Of a DNA stretch of 64,000 bases, positions 35,794-46,335 are shown in pieces. The translations under genes were made by a program, and so were the position numbers. Within the stretch, counting starts at the first letter, position 1, and every line of letters starts with the position of its first letter. Source of the DNA: Bdellovibrionales bacterium (GTDB lineage: Bacteria > Bdellovibrionota > Bdellovibrionia > Bdellovibrionales > JAUICD01); the NCBI GenBank assembly GCA_965262715.1, contig OZ253553.1, forward strand, positions 528,830-592,829, given 5' to 3'. The notes under the pieces were generated by a model. That model saw only the letters and a list, made by a program, of their open reading frames with translations, was not told the DNA's origin and made no database searches.

Positions 35794-37740
35794 GTGGGAA
35801 GGGTTATCGGAATTGACTTAGGAACAACAAATTCTTGTGTAGCTATTGTTGAAGATGGACAACCTGAGGTACTCACAAATCAAGAGGGAGCTCGAACAAC
35901 ACCGTCTGTTGTTGCTTTTACAAAAGAAAATACAAGTTTAGTAGGTCAAATTGCTAAGAGACAATCGGTAACAAATCCTGAAAACACTATTTATTCTGCA
36001 AAACGATTTATAGGTAAAAACTTTAATGAAGTTAAAAATGAAAAACACAGAATGCCTTATAAGATCATTCAAAAAGGTGATGGTTGTGCATTTGATATCA
36101 AAGGTGAAACCTATACTCCTGAACAAATTTCTTCAATTATTTTACAAAAATTAAAAGCTGCAGCAGAAGATTACTTACATGATAAGGTGACAGAAGCGGT
36201 GATCACTGTTCCAGCTTATTTTAATGATTCTCAAAGACAGGCTACAAAAGACGCAGGTAAAATTGCAGGCCTTGAGGTCAAGCGCATTATCAATGAGCCA
36301 ACGGCTGCTGCTCTTGCTTACGGGTATGGTATTGATAAGAAGAATAATGGCAAGGAGATTAAGAAAGTTATTGTATTTGATTTTGGTGGAGGTACTTTTG
36401 ATATTTCTATTATAGAAATTGATAGTAGCCTTGTAGAAGTTAAGGCTACAAATGGAGATACTCGTTTAGGAGGAGATGATTTTGATAAAGTTATTTTAGA
36501 ATGGTTATTTGTCGAGTTTAAAAAAACCAATGGTATTGATCTTTCGACAGATAAAATGGCACTGCAAAGACTTAAAGAGGCTACAGAGAAAGCAAAGATT
36601 GAATTAAGTGCTGTTATGGAGACAGAGATCAACCTGCCATTTATCACTGCCGATGCTTCAGGTCCAAAGCATTTAAATATGAAATTGACTCGATCTAAAT
36701 TTGAAAGTCTTTCAGAAGATCTTATTCAAAGATCTATTAATTGTTGCAAAATGGCTTTGGAAGATTCTGGGTTTAAAGTTTCTGAAATTGATGAGGTTTT
36801 ATTAGTGGGAGGGTCTACTCGTATACCTGCTATTCAAGAAGCCATTAAAGATTTTTTCAAAAAAGAACCTAACAAATCAATCAATCCTGATGAAGTTGTT
36901 GCATTGGGTGCAGCATTGCAAGGTGGTATCTTATCAAGTGATGTTAAAAATATTTTGTTATTAGATGTCACACCTCTATCTTTAGGTATAGAAACATTAG
37001 GAGGTGTTTGTACAAGATTGATTGATAGAAATACAACAATTCCGACTAAAAAATCTCAGGTGTTTTCTACATCAACGGACAATCAACCTAGTGTCATTGT
37101 TCACATTTTGCAGGGTGAACGTAATATGGCCACAGATAATAAGTCATTAGGGCAATTTGAGCTTTCTGGTATTGCTTCTGCGCCTAGAGGTGTACCTCAG
37201 ATTGAAGTCAATTTTGATATTGATGCTAATGGTATTCTTAATGTGAGCGCAAAAGACCTGCAATCGGGTAAGGAGCAATCTATACGTATTACATCTCGTT
37301 CAAATTTATCACAGGAAGATATTAAAAAGATGATTGATGATGCAGAAGCTTATGCAGAGGCAGATAAAAATCATAAAGAAATGGTGGAGTTAAGAAATAA
37401 TTTAGACCATACTATTTATCAGACAGAAAAACTTGTAAGTAAAAACCCAGATAAAATTTCAAAAGATATTCAGTCTCAAGTAGAGGAGGAAATAAAACTT
37501 GCGAAGGATCTGATATCATCTTCATCTAATGATAAGAAAAAGCTCTCTTCTGTTTCTGATAGTCTTACAAAACTTTCTCAAAAAGTAACAGAGGAAATTT
37601 ATAAAAACACTTCAAAAGAAGATACTCAAAAACAAAAGGCATCTTCATCTGAAGAGAAAAAAGATGCTAAAAAGGGTAAAGAGGATGTAATTGATGCAGA
37701 TTTTAAAGATGTCGAAATAGATGCTAAGGATGTCAATTAA
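35794..37740 (+). CDS. dnaK: molecular chaperone DnaK (Hsp70)
   Basis: [23 protein letters not shown] and [14 protein letters not shown] motifs; GTG start 7 nt after AAGGAGG. Confidence 0.97.
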   Translation: MGRVIGIDLGTTNSCVAIVEDGQPEVLTNQEGARTTPSVVAFTKENTSLVGQIAKRQSVTNPENTIYSAKRFIGKNFNEVKNEKHRMPYKIIQKGDGCAFDIKGETYTPEQISSIILQKLKAAAEDYLHDKVTEAVITVPAYFNDSQRQATKDAGKIAGLEVKRIINEPTAAALAYGYGIDKKNNGKEIKKVIVFDFGGGTFDISIIEIDSSLVEVKATNGDTRLGGDDFDKVILEWLFVEFKKTNGIDLSTDKMALQRLKEATEKAKIELSAVMETEINLPFITADASGPKHLNMKLTRSKFESLSEDLIQRSINCCKMALEDSGFKVSEIDEVLLVGGSTRIPAIQEAIKDFFKKEPNKSINPDEVVALGAALQGGILSSDVKNILLLDVTPLSLGIETLGGVCTRLIDRNTTIPTKKSQVFSTSTDNQPSVIVHILQGERNMATDNKSLGQFELSGIASAPRGVPQIEVNFDIDANGILNVSAKDLQSGKEQSIRITSRSNLSQEDIKKMIDDAEAYAEADKNHKEMVELRNNLDHTIYQTEKLVSKNPDKISKDIQSQVEEEIKLAKDLISSSSNDKKKLSSVSDSLTKLSQKVTEEIYKNTSKEDTQKQKASSSEEKKDAKKGKEDVIDADFKDVEIDAKDVN

Positions 37741-37927
37741 AATCCTAATTATTAGTTTTTGTTTGTATGATAGAATAAAATTTCTTTAAAATTTTATTCA
37801 CATCTCAGTTAGTTCATAAAAGAAACCGTAGATTCCTAAATAATATTTGCGCAATAAAACCTATAATTTTCTGGAGCCTTGTTGCAGAAAGGTTTAAAGA
37901 ATATGTATATAAAAGTTAGAAGAATTA

Positions 37928-38063
37928 TAGCAGGCTTCTTCCATAGGCTCTAGGCAACCCCCGTGCCTTGTATTGCTATTATTTTAAGATTTTATTATAG
38001 AATAAAATACTTTAAGAGATATTTATTCCCTAAGGCACTGGCCTAATCCTATTCCAGAAGCCT
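37928..38063. repeat. ~135-bp long-hairpin element with conserved AT-rich apex
   Basis: Outer arms gcaggcttcttccatagg / cctattccagaagcctgc, inner arms cccgtgcctt / aaggcactgg, apex gattttattatagaataaaata. Confidence 0.7.
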
Positions 38064-38410
38064 GCCATAATTCTCTTACATGTTTTGTAATAAAGCCATT
38101 TTCTGGCTTAAGCCTTTTTACATTCTCAAACTTATCTTTTATACAATAAACCAAAGAATATTGTAAATTCAGACATTTTTACAAAATACTCAGACAAGCA
38201 AATTGTCTGTAATAGATGAAGGTGATTTTTAAGAAACTCATCTTTTCCTGACAAAAAAGGACAACAATAATGCCTTTTTTTGGCATTTTTATCATCTTTT
38301 TTACCTATTATAAGCATAATAGGAGCTTTTACGTCATTATCATCTGATATCCGCATGGCATTATTTTTGAAGATATTATTGTAGATCAGAAAATAAAGGA
38401 AATCTAAGTG

Positions 38411-40204
38411 ATGAAATGCTTAAATGTAACATCTTTAATTTTAACAGTCATGTTGATAAATTCTGCATGTAGTAATACAGGAATGAATGGTGACATTAAA
38501 GGTCCTCGAAGCATAGAAGAGCAGGAAGGTCGAGGAGAGTTTGGGACGTTTTCAGTAGAAGATCGAGAAGCTTTAACAACAGCTCGTGATGAAATGATAA
38601 AAATACATGGGGATAACTTAAAAATAGAGAAAGATCGTCAGGAAGGTATTAGAAGAGAGATTGAAGAGATTGACAAACTTCTTGGAAGAGATCCTGAGGC
38701 TCAAACAGGGTCGGAAGAGCCTAAGTCACCTACTGAATCTGAAGTAGATCAGGATGAAATAAATAAAAGAAGAGAGTTAGAGGCTTTAGATGAGCAAGCT
38801 TTAGAAGAGAGATTACAAGTTCTAACCAGTGAATTTAATGAAGTTTCTCAAGAAGATATTCAGGATTGTCAAGAAATTGTGATTTGTCAGGCGCTTCTGC
38901 AAGAAATAAGACTTGTCAATGATGTTTTGGGAGAAAAAAGAAATAAAGATTTTTCTGAAGATGTAGAGCATCTTTCAGAGGAAGAACTTTTACACGTAAG
39001 AGGAACTCTTGAAGATGAGCTTGAGGCGATTGAGTTAGAAAAAAGTCGCGCAAAAAATGCTATTGCAACACTTGAACAGATACGTCCCAATGATTATCAT
39101 TTTATTCGTGTTAAGCTATTTCCTAATCGGAGAGGTTATGGAAAGTTTCCGAATGTAGAAGGAGAAGATAGTAAATATGCCAAACTTCATAATAAAGGTG
39201 GATTTAAGGTTGAAGAAGTGGATATATCATCAAATCAAGTATTAAGACAGTTAGGTCAAGGCCATATAGTAGAGATGTTTTTCAATTGTCCTGAAAGACC
39301 TAGATGTTCAGACAATAAAGTTACTTTAGACGGCAATGAAGTTGTTGCACTATCATCATCTAGTAGTGCCATATCTGTGACTCCTTTAAATTCAATTTCA
39401 TCTGAAGGTAATAGTTATTTTGATTTAGGATTTACAAAAATAGAATACAGAGGTGTAAAACAAGGTCAAAATGTATCTCATACTGGATTTTTTAGAGGAG
39501 GATTCCGTATTCAGTTTGCAAGACAAGGTAAAAATTCTGTAGCAAGTCATTGGTCAGTTATCAATGTTGTAAGTCTTGACGAATATTTATTATCGGTTAC
39601 TCCTGCCGAGTTAAACACAAATAAGATTGAAGCTAGAAAAGCGCAAATTATTATTGCTAGAACATATGCCTTAAGTATGGCTCTTGCGGCTAGAACAAGT
39701 ATTAAAAAACCTCGTTTGTGGGATGTGCTTCCAACGATTCTCAGCCAACTTTATCTGGGAGCAGAAAAAGAAAGAGCTGATTATTATCAAACTATTGTGG
39801 ATACCAGGGGTCAAATCCTGATCAGTGGAGATGAACCTGCTTTAGCAGAGTTTTTCTCTTGTGCTGATCCAAGAACAATCAGTGAAGCTAGTGTTGCTGA
39901 ACAAAGATCTAGAAGTGTTCCTTCTGATTCTTGTAAAAAGGTACGGCGCTTATTAAAACCACTTCGAAAAGACAAGAGTATTTCTGCTTTTGGGCATGGA
40001 CGTGGCTTTTGTCAACTTTGTGGTGAAAGGCTAGCTGAGTATGGATGGTCTCTAACTGATCCTAGACAACCAACTCAAGGAGCGGCTGTTCCTTCCGATC
40101 CGTCTAGGCCATGGACAGCTGAAGAGATAGCTCATTACTTTTATGAAGGCACTAAAGTTGGCGATATGTCAGAACTCTCTAAGTTGTCAGAGGTTTCCAT
40201 TTAA
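38411..40204 (+). CDS. lipoprotein with C-terminal SpoIID/LytB-like domain
   Basis: Lipobox INSAC. Acidic coiled-coil N-terminal half. SLDEYLLSVTPAEL...ARKAQIIIARTYAL matches the SpoIID signature region. Confidence 0.7.
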   Translation: MKCLNVTSLILTVMLINSACSNTGMNGDIKGPRSIEEQEGRGEFGTFSVEDREALTTARDEMIKIHGDNLKIEKDRQEGIRREIEEIDKLLGRDPEAQTGSEEPKSPTESEVDQDEINKRRELEALDEQALEERLQVLTSEFNEVSQEDIQDCQEIVICQALLQEIRLVNDVLGEKRNKDFSEDVEHLSEEELLHVRGTLEDELEAIELEKSRAKNAIATLEQIRPNDYHFIRVKLFPNRRGYGKFPNVEGEDSKYAKLHNKGGFKVEEVDISSNQVLRQLGQGHIVEMFFNCPERPRCSDNKVTLDGNEVVALSSSSSAISVTPLNSISSEGNSYFDLGFTKIEYRGVKQGQNVSHTGFFRGGFRIQFARQGKNSVASHWSVINVVSLDEYLLSVTPAELNTNKIEARKAQIIIARTYALSMALAARTSIKKPRLWDVLPTILSQLYLGAEKERADYYQTIVDTRGQILISGDEPALAEFFSCADPRTISEASVAEQRSRSVPSDSCKKVRRLLKPLRKDKSISAFGHGRGFCQLCGERLAEYGWSLTDPRQPTQGAAVPSDPSRPWTAEEIAHYFYEGTKVGDMSELSKLSEVSI

Positions 40205-40437
40205 TAGTTTTATTGAACATTGTTGTATAAATATTAGATATAATGATTCAAAATGAGAGCTTACCGAAGTCCCTTGTAGTACAATCCATGAATAAAGAAA
40301 ACTTGCTATTTTAATTTTAACTCAAATTGTAAAAGATAAAGCTTTATTTTTGATGTAGCTTCTATTATTGTAAATCATATTCCTATGTTAAAATAAATTA
40401 AGGTTACTTTCTAACTATCCATAAAAGGGTTTTAATT

Positions 40438-40815
40438 ATGTCTAAAAAATATTTAAATGTACCTTCACCTTTAGGTCCTTATAGTTCTTTTAGAGAAGTA
40501 AATGGGTTTGTATTTTGTTCTGGACAAATTGCTGTCAATCCTCAAACAAATCAAATTGTTTCAGAAGATATTAAAGAGCAAACAAAGCAGGTGATGGAAA
40601 ATATAAAAGCTGTTTTGGCATCTACTGATCTGAGCTTAAAACATATTGTTAAGACAACTATTTTTTTAACTTCTATAAAAGATGTACCTGAAGTCAATGA
40701 AACTTATGCTTCTTACTTTTCAGATACTGCTTTGCCAGCTAGATCATGTGTAGAAGTTTCTAACTTACCTAAAGATGTTAAAATAGAAATCGAAGTTTTA
40801 GCATCTCGATGCTAA
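40438..40815 (+). CDS. ridA: RidA/YjgF/L-PSP family enamine/imine deaminase
   Basis: GPYSSFREVNGFVFCSGQIAVNP...TTIFL...PARSCVEVSNLPKDVKIEIEVLA; 125 aa. Confidence 0.85.
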   Translation: MSKKYLNVPSPLGPYSSFREVNGFVFCSGQIAVNPQTNQIVSEDIKEQTKQVMENIKAVLASTDLSLKHIVKTTIFLTSIKDVPEVNETYASYFSDTALPARSCVEVSNLPKDVKIEIEVLASRC

Positions 40816-40894
40816 ACCTCTGGAGGCTAGCATCCAGATGTTATAAGGTACATTGCTTATTAAAAAACAGATGAGGCTAATGTATTTAGAGAGG

Positions 40895-41560
40895 TCAGGT
40901 ACACCGCCATTGTCCTCGTCTTTCAACATACCAATTTCTAAATAAGGCTCTGTACATAGCATTTGTATGACTTCCTTCTGTGGATATAAAAGATTTGGCA
41001 CTATTTAAGACTTCTATAGCACTAGAGATATCTGAAGAAGCGATTTGATTTACTGTTAACATCCTAATAGTCTGTCTTATAAAACTGTGTGTTGGGCTTA
41101 ACAATAAAGCTTCTTGTAATTTTTCTGCAAGCTCAATCTCGCTATTGTTTGATCTAGTTGTATCTTGCCTAATTGTATTTTGCCTAATGTATCGTTCTAA
41201 AGATATTATAGACAGTCTGAAGTGCCCCCAGTCTTCACTATTGAGTGAGCGATGTATATCTCTAATGGTGCGCTCATTTGCTCCCCACCTTTCATATATC
41301 CTGCTTTGTACAATTTCTGGCAGGGAAGATGGGCGTGGATTATTATTTGCTCTATTTGAAGAATCTAAAGGTTGTCTTGTGCCTGGTCGTATTGGTTCTG
41401 CTGCTCCCTCTGTTGATCTTGGATCTATTGTTCTGCTTCTTACTTCCGTTCGTGATATTCCTCTGCCTCTTTTGGCTTGTGATGTTTCAGAAATAAAAAT
41501 AGCACAAGCAATCATTATGGCGGTCAAGTACTTATATTTAATCATAATATATATCCTCAT
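40895..41560 (-). CDS. secreted hypothetical protein
   Basis: Signal-like LTAIMIACAIFISETSQA. Arg/Ser/Pro-rich N-terminal region. Start uncertain (41560 or 41545). Confidence 0.5.
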   Translation of the reverse strand: MRIYIMIKYKYLTAIMIACAIFISETSQAKRGRGISRTEVRSRTIDPRSTEGAAEPIRPGTRQPLDSSNRANNNPRPSSLPEIVQSRIYERWGANERTIRDIHRSLNSEDWGHFRLSIISLERYIRQNTIRQDTTRSNNSEIELAEKLQEALLLSPTHSFIRQTIRMLTVNQIASSDISSAIEVLNSAKSFISTEGSHTNAMYRALFRNWYVERRGQWRCT

Positions 41561-41717
41561 ATAATATGTATTTTTTAAGGATACTAAGATAAAAAGATAT
41601 TTTTGTCAAGTAAAGCTTAAAAAATCTTAAATAATAAAATGAATACATTAAAGGTATGTAAATATTTCATGATTCATTGAAAATTTTATATATTTTAACA
41701 GTTACTAATTAATATCG

Positions 41718-44700
41718 TTAAGTGGAAGATAAAACATTTATTTGTTTGTCTTTTTCACTTGAATGTAAAATAGATTGTCTTATATTCTCTAAGATAATAT
41801 TCACAACTTCTAATAGGGCCACACTGTTTTGATCATTTGGTAGTTGTTGTTGAATATAGTTATATGTAGATCTCATAGCTTGTACAAGTGTGGCTTCATG
41901 TATCATAGGAACTTGTTGTGGGGCATTAGATGTTATTGCGAGTATCTCACCCATAGAAGACCCAAGGCTCTGTTCTAATTGATCAGCGCATGTGCTATCT
42001 GTTATTATTTGTTCAAACTTATGACCTGGATATTCGCTTAATAGTCTAATACAATCTGTATAAGAGTAAAGGTTATCTAAAAAAGGAGGTTGTTTTGGCA
42101 GTAAGGTCATAAGTAGGTTTAGATAATAATCTGTAATATCTCTTTCAAATTGATAGATCCCTAAGGCATAACGTCTCATGTCTTCTATATCTCCAAAGTA
42201 ATACTCGAAAAAAAGCTCATTATCATATACTTCGTTCCTGTAACTGTAATCATTATTATTGTAAGCACCTAAAAGCTCTTCTCTAAGGACAGTTGTTTGT
42301 CTTTCCATATATTCAGATAAAACAGGCACTATTCCTGGTGTAACTTGCTTTTCCCAGAATTCTTCAAAACCTTCAAGTGTTATTTGGTCACCTACATTTT
42401 TAGATACATAATCAAGTAAATTGTAATAATAAACGTCTTGGTTGTTTTCCTGAACTAAAAAAGCATGATGTACAGTTTCTATTTGATCACAGAGTGTTGG
42501 TCTATCTTTCCATATTCTAGGGGCATTAAACTCTAAACTTCCTAAACCAAATCCACTTCTTTGGATTAAATCGATTTCTTCGACAGAGTCCCCACAAACC
42601 ATACTGATTAATAACTTTTCTAAAGTAGAGTAATAGATGATTCCATAATGTCTTAAGCCTTCGTTGTTGCTTGAGGGATTAAAGTATTCTGCTCCACTTT
42701 GCACAATAGATGTGGGCATATTTGTATTTTGAGTTAAAACGTTTGATGGTTCTTTTTTGATAATCGAAAACGCATTAGCAATAGAATCTCTGTCTTCTTC
42801 TGGTTGTGATTCTAAAAACTCAACTGCTTGTTGGATGTTTTGTATGCTGGTTGTTTTTAAGAATTCTTGATCTAACTTTAAATTAAGAGCTATTTTGAGT
42901 ACATCAAGATTGTCTGATGTGAGAGCGCGCAGCCGACTCCAATCCCATCCATGATTAGCAAAATGAATATAATAATCTCTCATACCTTCTGGTTGATTTT
43001 TCACAAATCTTGTAAACTCATAGATTTCTTGTGTATTTTTTAACTTCAAAATATCTGGATTTAATCCTAAGTCAGTAGCTTCTGTGAGTACTGTCATATC
43101 ATTATCAGTTAATTGAAGAAGCTGATTCCAACTCCATCCATCATTAGCAAAACGAATATAATAGTATCTCAGGCTTATTGGTTGATCTTTTAAAAAATTC
43201 ATAAAATCATAAATTTCTTGTGTGCTTTTTGTATATAGAATGTTTGGGCTTATTGGAGTTGACTTGAAGTCATCATTTTCAAAAAACTCAATACGTACTT
43301 GAAAGTCAAAATCTTCAAAATTATACATTTGAGAAATATCAAACCCTTTATTTAATAAAGACACTAAATATCCGTGATTTTCCGTAGGATTTCCAAAAAA
43401 GCTATGTTCACTTGAAAGACGTTGATATAAACGCTGAAGATCAGAGTTAGATAGTTGATGAACTATATGAGGTTCAACTCCAAGCCTTAAGACATTGGAT
43501 TCATCGAGCAATCTGTTGGTAAACATACCGTTAGAACTATCTAATGACCTGGAAGCAAAGTAAAGAGCATCTAGCATTCCTCTGCTTTTATTATTTTGAT
43601 TAGAAAATAAACTTGTATTGTGGTGATGTCGAGCTCTTGGATTAGTATTTGACTGAGGAGATAAACGCACTTGAGCTGGAAGTTTAGGTTCTGTTTCAAA
43701 GTTAATTTGTTTTTGTGTTCTAATGATGTGTTCATAAAAATTGCGTGTTGTATATTGCCATGAAATTGCAGGTTTAAAAAACTCTGCCCATCGGTATTGT
43801 GTATCATAGAACTCTTTTAACAGAGTTTCTCTATAATGTTGGATATGGAGATTCAATTGAAAAATGCTTTCTAGAAGAACATCACCTCTAGCCTTTGTGA
43901 TTTCTCCAGAAGGAAGGTTGGTTTCTATTTGATCTGTTAAATTAGGAATATCTAGTAAGATTTCTGGAAAGTGTTGATTATTTTTGTCAGAATATTGTAA
44001 TGGGTTTTGGTCTGGAGATGCGTTTAAAAGACCTATTAAGTTTCTTCGAATACTTAAGTTATCTCGAGTAGCTTCTCTTTGGCTTGGTGATAAAGGATTG
44101 TTAGAAAAAATACTTGTAAGGAAGCCAGCTAAGCCAGCGCGATTTATGTTTGTAGTTGGTTGTTGAACTATAGGTATAGGTTGTTGATTATATCCAGCTG
44201 TTAAATGTTCAAGAATAGATATTTTATCATGATCCATTTCATCAGAATATTTTCTTAAATCCCATGCTCTTTCTATTGGGGGTCCAAGGATGTCTTCCCA
44301 AGTAAAGAAGAGAATCATATGTCCAACTTGAAGCGTAAAACCTACAATAGGATTTGCAAGTGTAAGTGATGTACCTGCTTTAAACATGAGGTTTAATGTT
44401 GGCAGAAAAATACGCCTCCCAATAACTGGATAGATTGCTTTTTTAAAAACCATCATAGGAATAGAAAATAAAAGCTTTTGAGTTAGAGAAGAAGCAAAGG
44501 CTGATAAAAGTAGTGAAGTTATATGAGGAACGTGTTTTGAATCTGTTACAAATGTTTTAAAAGCATCTTGCCATGCTCGACTTAAACGTTCTTCCTCAAT
44601 AGATGTTTTTCCACTTTTAAAGAAATGACTGACTATATATCTTATATTTGGATCAACTAAGAACTCATGGGATAGACTTGAGACAAAACTTCCTGCAGCC

Positions 44701-45188
44701 ATACCAAGATAACCAATAAGAGCTCTAGGAATAAGAGATTGTCCTCCTGTATTTAAAAAATGAGAAACAGAATGGTTTGTTGTCATAAATAAAAAAAATG
44801 AAAAATATGAAATAGGATTTTTAAGTTCTTGACCAAATTCGGAGCAAGCCATTGGATTGTTTTTTACTTCAATAGCACAGTTATAAACAGCTATTGCCCC
44901 AAGTGCTGTGTAAAAACCTGCAGCTTCCATAGGAAAACGGTGTATTGTATGATTGAATCCATGACTTACACTATTAAGAGTCTGTTTAGCAAGATTTCTA
45001 AAATTGTTTGGGCTAGCACCTTCAATATCTTCTGGATTTGCTTTTGGTATAATGATTTCTAATGATTCACCGTTAGGTCCTGCAACATTGATATTCCAAT
45101 GATTGTCATTAGGTATATTTGCTTGACCATTTGTTATAAGGATAAATGGCGTAAGCAAAAAAATAAATAGGAAGATATTTTTTTGCAT
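41718..45188 (-). CDS. large (1156 aa) signal-peptide/membrane-associated hypothetical protein with internal ~57-aa repeats
   Basis: Signal MQKNIFLFIFLLTPFILITNGQA. Several hydrophobic helices in aa 80-290. Repeats are TQEIYDFMNFLKDQPISLRYYYIRFANDGWSWNQLLQLTDNDMTVL, TQEIYEFTRFVKNQPEGMRDYYIHFANHGWDWSRLRALTSDNLDVL, and a partial third. Confidence 0.7.
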   Translation of the reverse strand: MQKNIFLFIFLLTPFILITNGQANIPNDNHWNINVAGPNGESLEIIIPKANPEDIEGASPNNFRNLAKQTLNSVSHGFNHTIHRFPMEAAGFYTALGAIAVYNCAIEVKNNPMACSEFGQELKNPISYFSFFLFMTTNHSVSHFLNTGGQSLIPRALIGYLGMAAGSFVSSLSHEFLVDPNIRYIVSHFFKSGKTSIEEERLSRAWQDAFKTFVTDSKHVPHITSLLLSAFASSLTQKLLFSIPMMVFKKAIYPVIGRRIFLPTLNLMFKAGTSLTLANPIVGFTLQVGHMILFFTWEDILGPPIERAWDLRKYSDEMDHDKISILEHLTAGYNQQPIPIVQQPTTNINRAGLAGFLTSIFSNNPLSPSQREATRDNLSIRRNLIGLLNASPDQNPLQYSDKNNQHFPEILLDIPNLTDQIETNLPSGEITKARGDVLLESIFQLNLHIQHYRETLLKEFYDTQYRWAEFFKPAISWQYTTRNFYEHIIRTQKQINFETEPKLPAQVRLSPQSNTNPRARHHHNTSLFSNQNNKSRGMLDALYFASRSLDSSNGMFTNRLLDESNVLRLGVEPHIVHQLSNSDLQRLYQRLSSEHSFFGNPTENHGYLVSLLNKGFDISQMYNFEDFDFQVRIEFFENDDFKSTPISPNILYTKSTQEIYDFMNFLKDQPISLRYYYIRFANDGWSWNQLLQLTDNDMTVLTEATDLGLNPDILKLKNTQEIYEFTRFVKNQPEGMRDYYIHFANHGWDWSRLRALTSDNLDVLKIALNLKLDQEFLKTTSIQNIQQAVEFLESQPEEDRDSIANAFSIIKKEPSNVLTQNTNMPTSIVQSGAEYFNPSSNNEGLRHYGIIYYSTLEKLLISMVCGDSVEEIDLIQRSGFGLGSLEFNAPRIWKDRPTLCDQIETVHHAFLVQENNQDVYYYNLLDYVSKNVGDQITLEGFEEFWEKQVTPGIVPVLSEYMERQTTVLREELLGAYNNNDYSYRNEVYDNELFFEYYFGDIEDMRRYALGIYQFERDITDYYLNLLMTLLPKQPPFLDNLYSYTDCIRLLSEYPGHKFEQIITDSTCADQLEQSLGSSMGEILAITSNAPQQVPMIHEATLVQAMRSTYNYIQQQLPNDQNSVALLEVVNIILENIRQSILHSSEKDKQINVLSST

Positions 45189-45480
45189 TATTTTTTACTC
45201 TCTTGTTTTTATAAATAGAATTTTTGAAATCAAATAATTAATATAACCTGAAGGAAAGCATAGGAAGTGACACAAAAGCTGCTTACAATTAAGAAAAAAT
45301 TAGAGTGCATCGGCTATATTAATGATGAATGTTATATTAAGTGATAAAAGCAGTTTTGTCAATCTGAATACAAAAAATACTTAAAATGATCATGTTATAT
45401 TTAATAATACACTTTAAGTGTGTAAATATTTCATGGTTTGTTGAATATTTTACATGTTGTTTTTAAAATAAATCTTATCT

Positions 45481-45527
45481 AGGGACTGGCAATCTGGCAG
45501 ACAGTTCATGAAAACTGATTGCCGGTC
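45481..45527. repeat. GC-rich repeat family, short copy
   Basis: agggactggcaatctggcagacagttcatgaaaactgattgccggtc. Confidence 0.55.
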
Positions 45528-45678
45528 TAATAGCTTTGCTGGTTTTCTAAAATCCTAAAGAAAAAATAAATGTAAATTATATTTATTTAGAGCTTTTCAG
45601 CATGAAGAGTATATCAACTTGCAGTTTATAGAATAGAGATTTTTTCATTTAAAAAAAAAGGGGAGGGGGATGGAGCTG

Positions 45679-46335
45679 TTATAGTTGCCTATAAGCTCCC
45701 TGGATAAAATTATCAATTTCTAATGGATATTGTATTCCTTGGGCATGCTGTGCTTCTGAATGGCCACAAAGAAGAATTGGCTGCTGATTAAGCAGTCTTA
45801 GGTTATTGTTAGCGGCAGCGCAAGGTGATGTATCGACTTGCTCATGAGAATAAGTACCTGGTATATCTAGAATGCCCGGATTATAATAGTAATCATCTCC
45901 CACTACATTAGTACATCGGGTACCATTTATTAAAGGAGCCTGCTGTTGACAAGGACTTAAAAGATCAGGAGAGTAGTCTGAATATGCTATTTGTTCACCT
46001 CTAATTATTTGGTAAATTAAAAAATTCACCATTTCCAATATTTGCCATTTCTTTTAGAATATCTGTTACACCAAGAAGATCTGAATTTGTATTAAGATAA
46101 GCTTCATCAGCTTGGTGTGCCCATCCATAATAAGCTGTAGAGAAAAAGATTCTTCCAGGTTTTAGATCTACAATCTCTTCTACCTTGTTATAAACATAAT
46201 CATTAAATGGATACCTATTTTGAAGGTATCTCTCACTAGGAGCCTCTCCTGAAATAAAGTAAATTAGATAAATCGCATTATCGTCTTCTTCGTTTGTTTC
46301 TAACTCTTCTTTCAGAAGTCTCTCTGTTAATAGTG
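45679..46335 (-). pseudogene. frame-disrupted tandem duplicate of the 3' ~630 bp of the 46278-47777 gene
   Basis: 45712-46335 aligns with 46338-46970 (offset 637). Only the last 119 codons remain open (…GEQIAYSDYSPDLLSPCQQQ…AAANNNLRLL…EAQHAQGIQYPL…). Confidence 0.75.

Noticed and set aside
34591-37740. dnaJ-before-dnaK gene order without grpE or hrcA/CIRCE as an anomaly
   Set aside because: The order is unusual relative to E. coli, but both genes are intact with good start contexts. Chaperone gene order varies widely among phyla, so it is not evidence of anything novel by itself.
38132-38356. 74-aa minus-strand ORF between dnaK and the SpoIID-like gene
   Set aside because: It has no SD and no recognisable motifs. 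It sits directly after a long-hairpin repeat in AT-rich DNA. Evidence is insufficient to call it.
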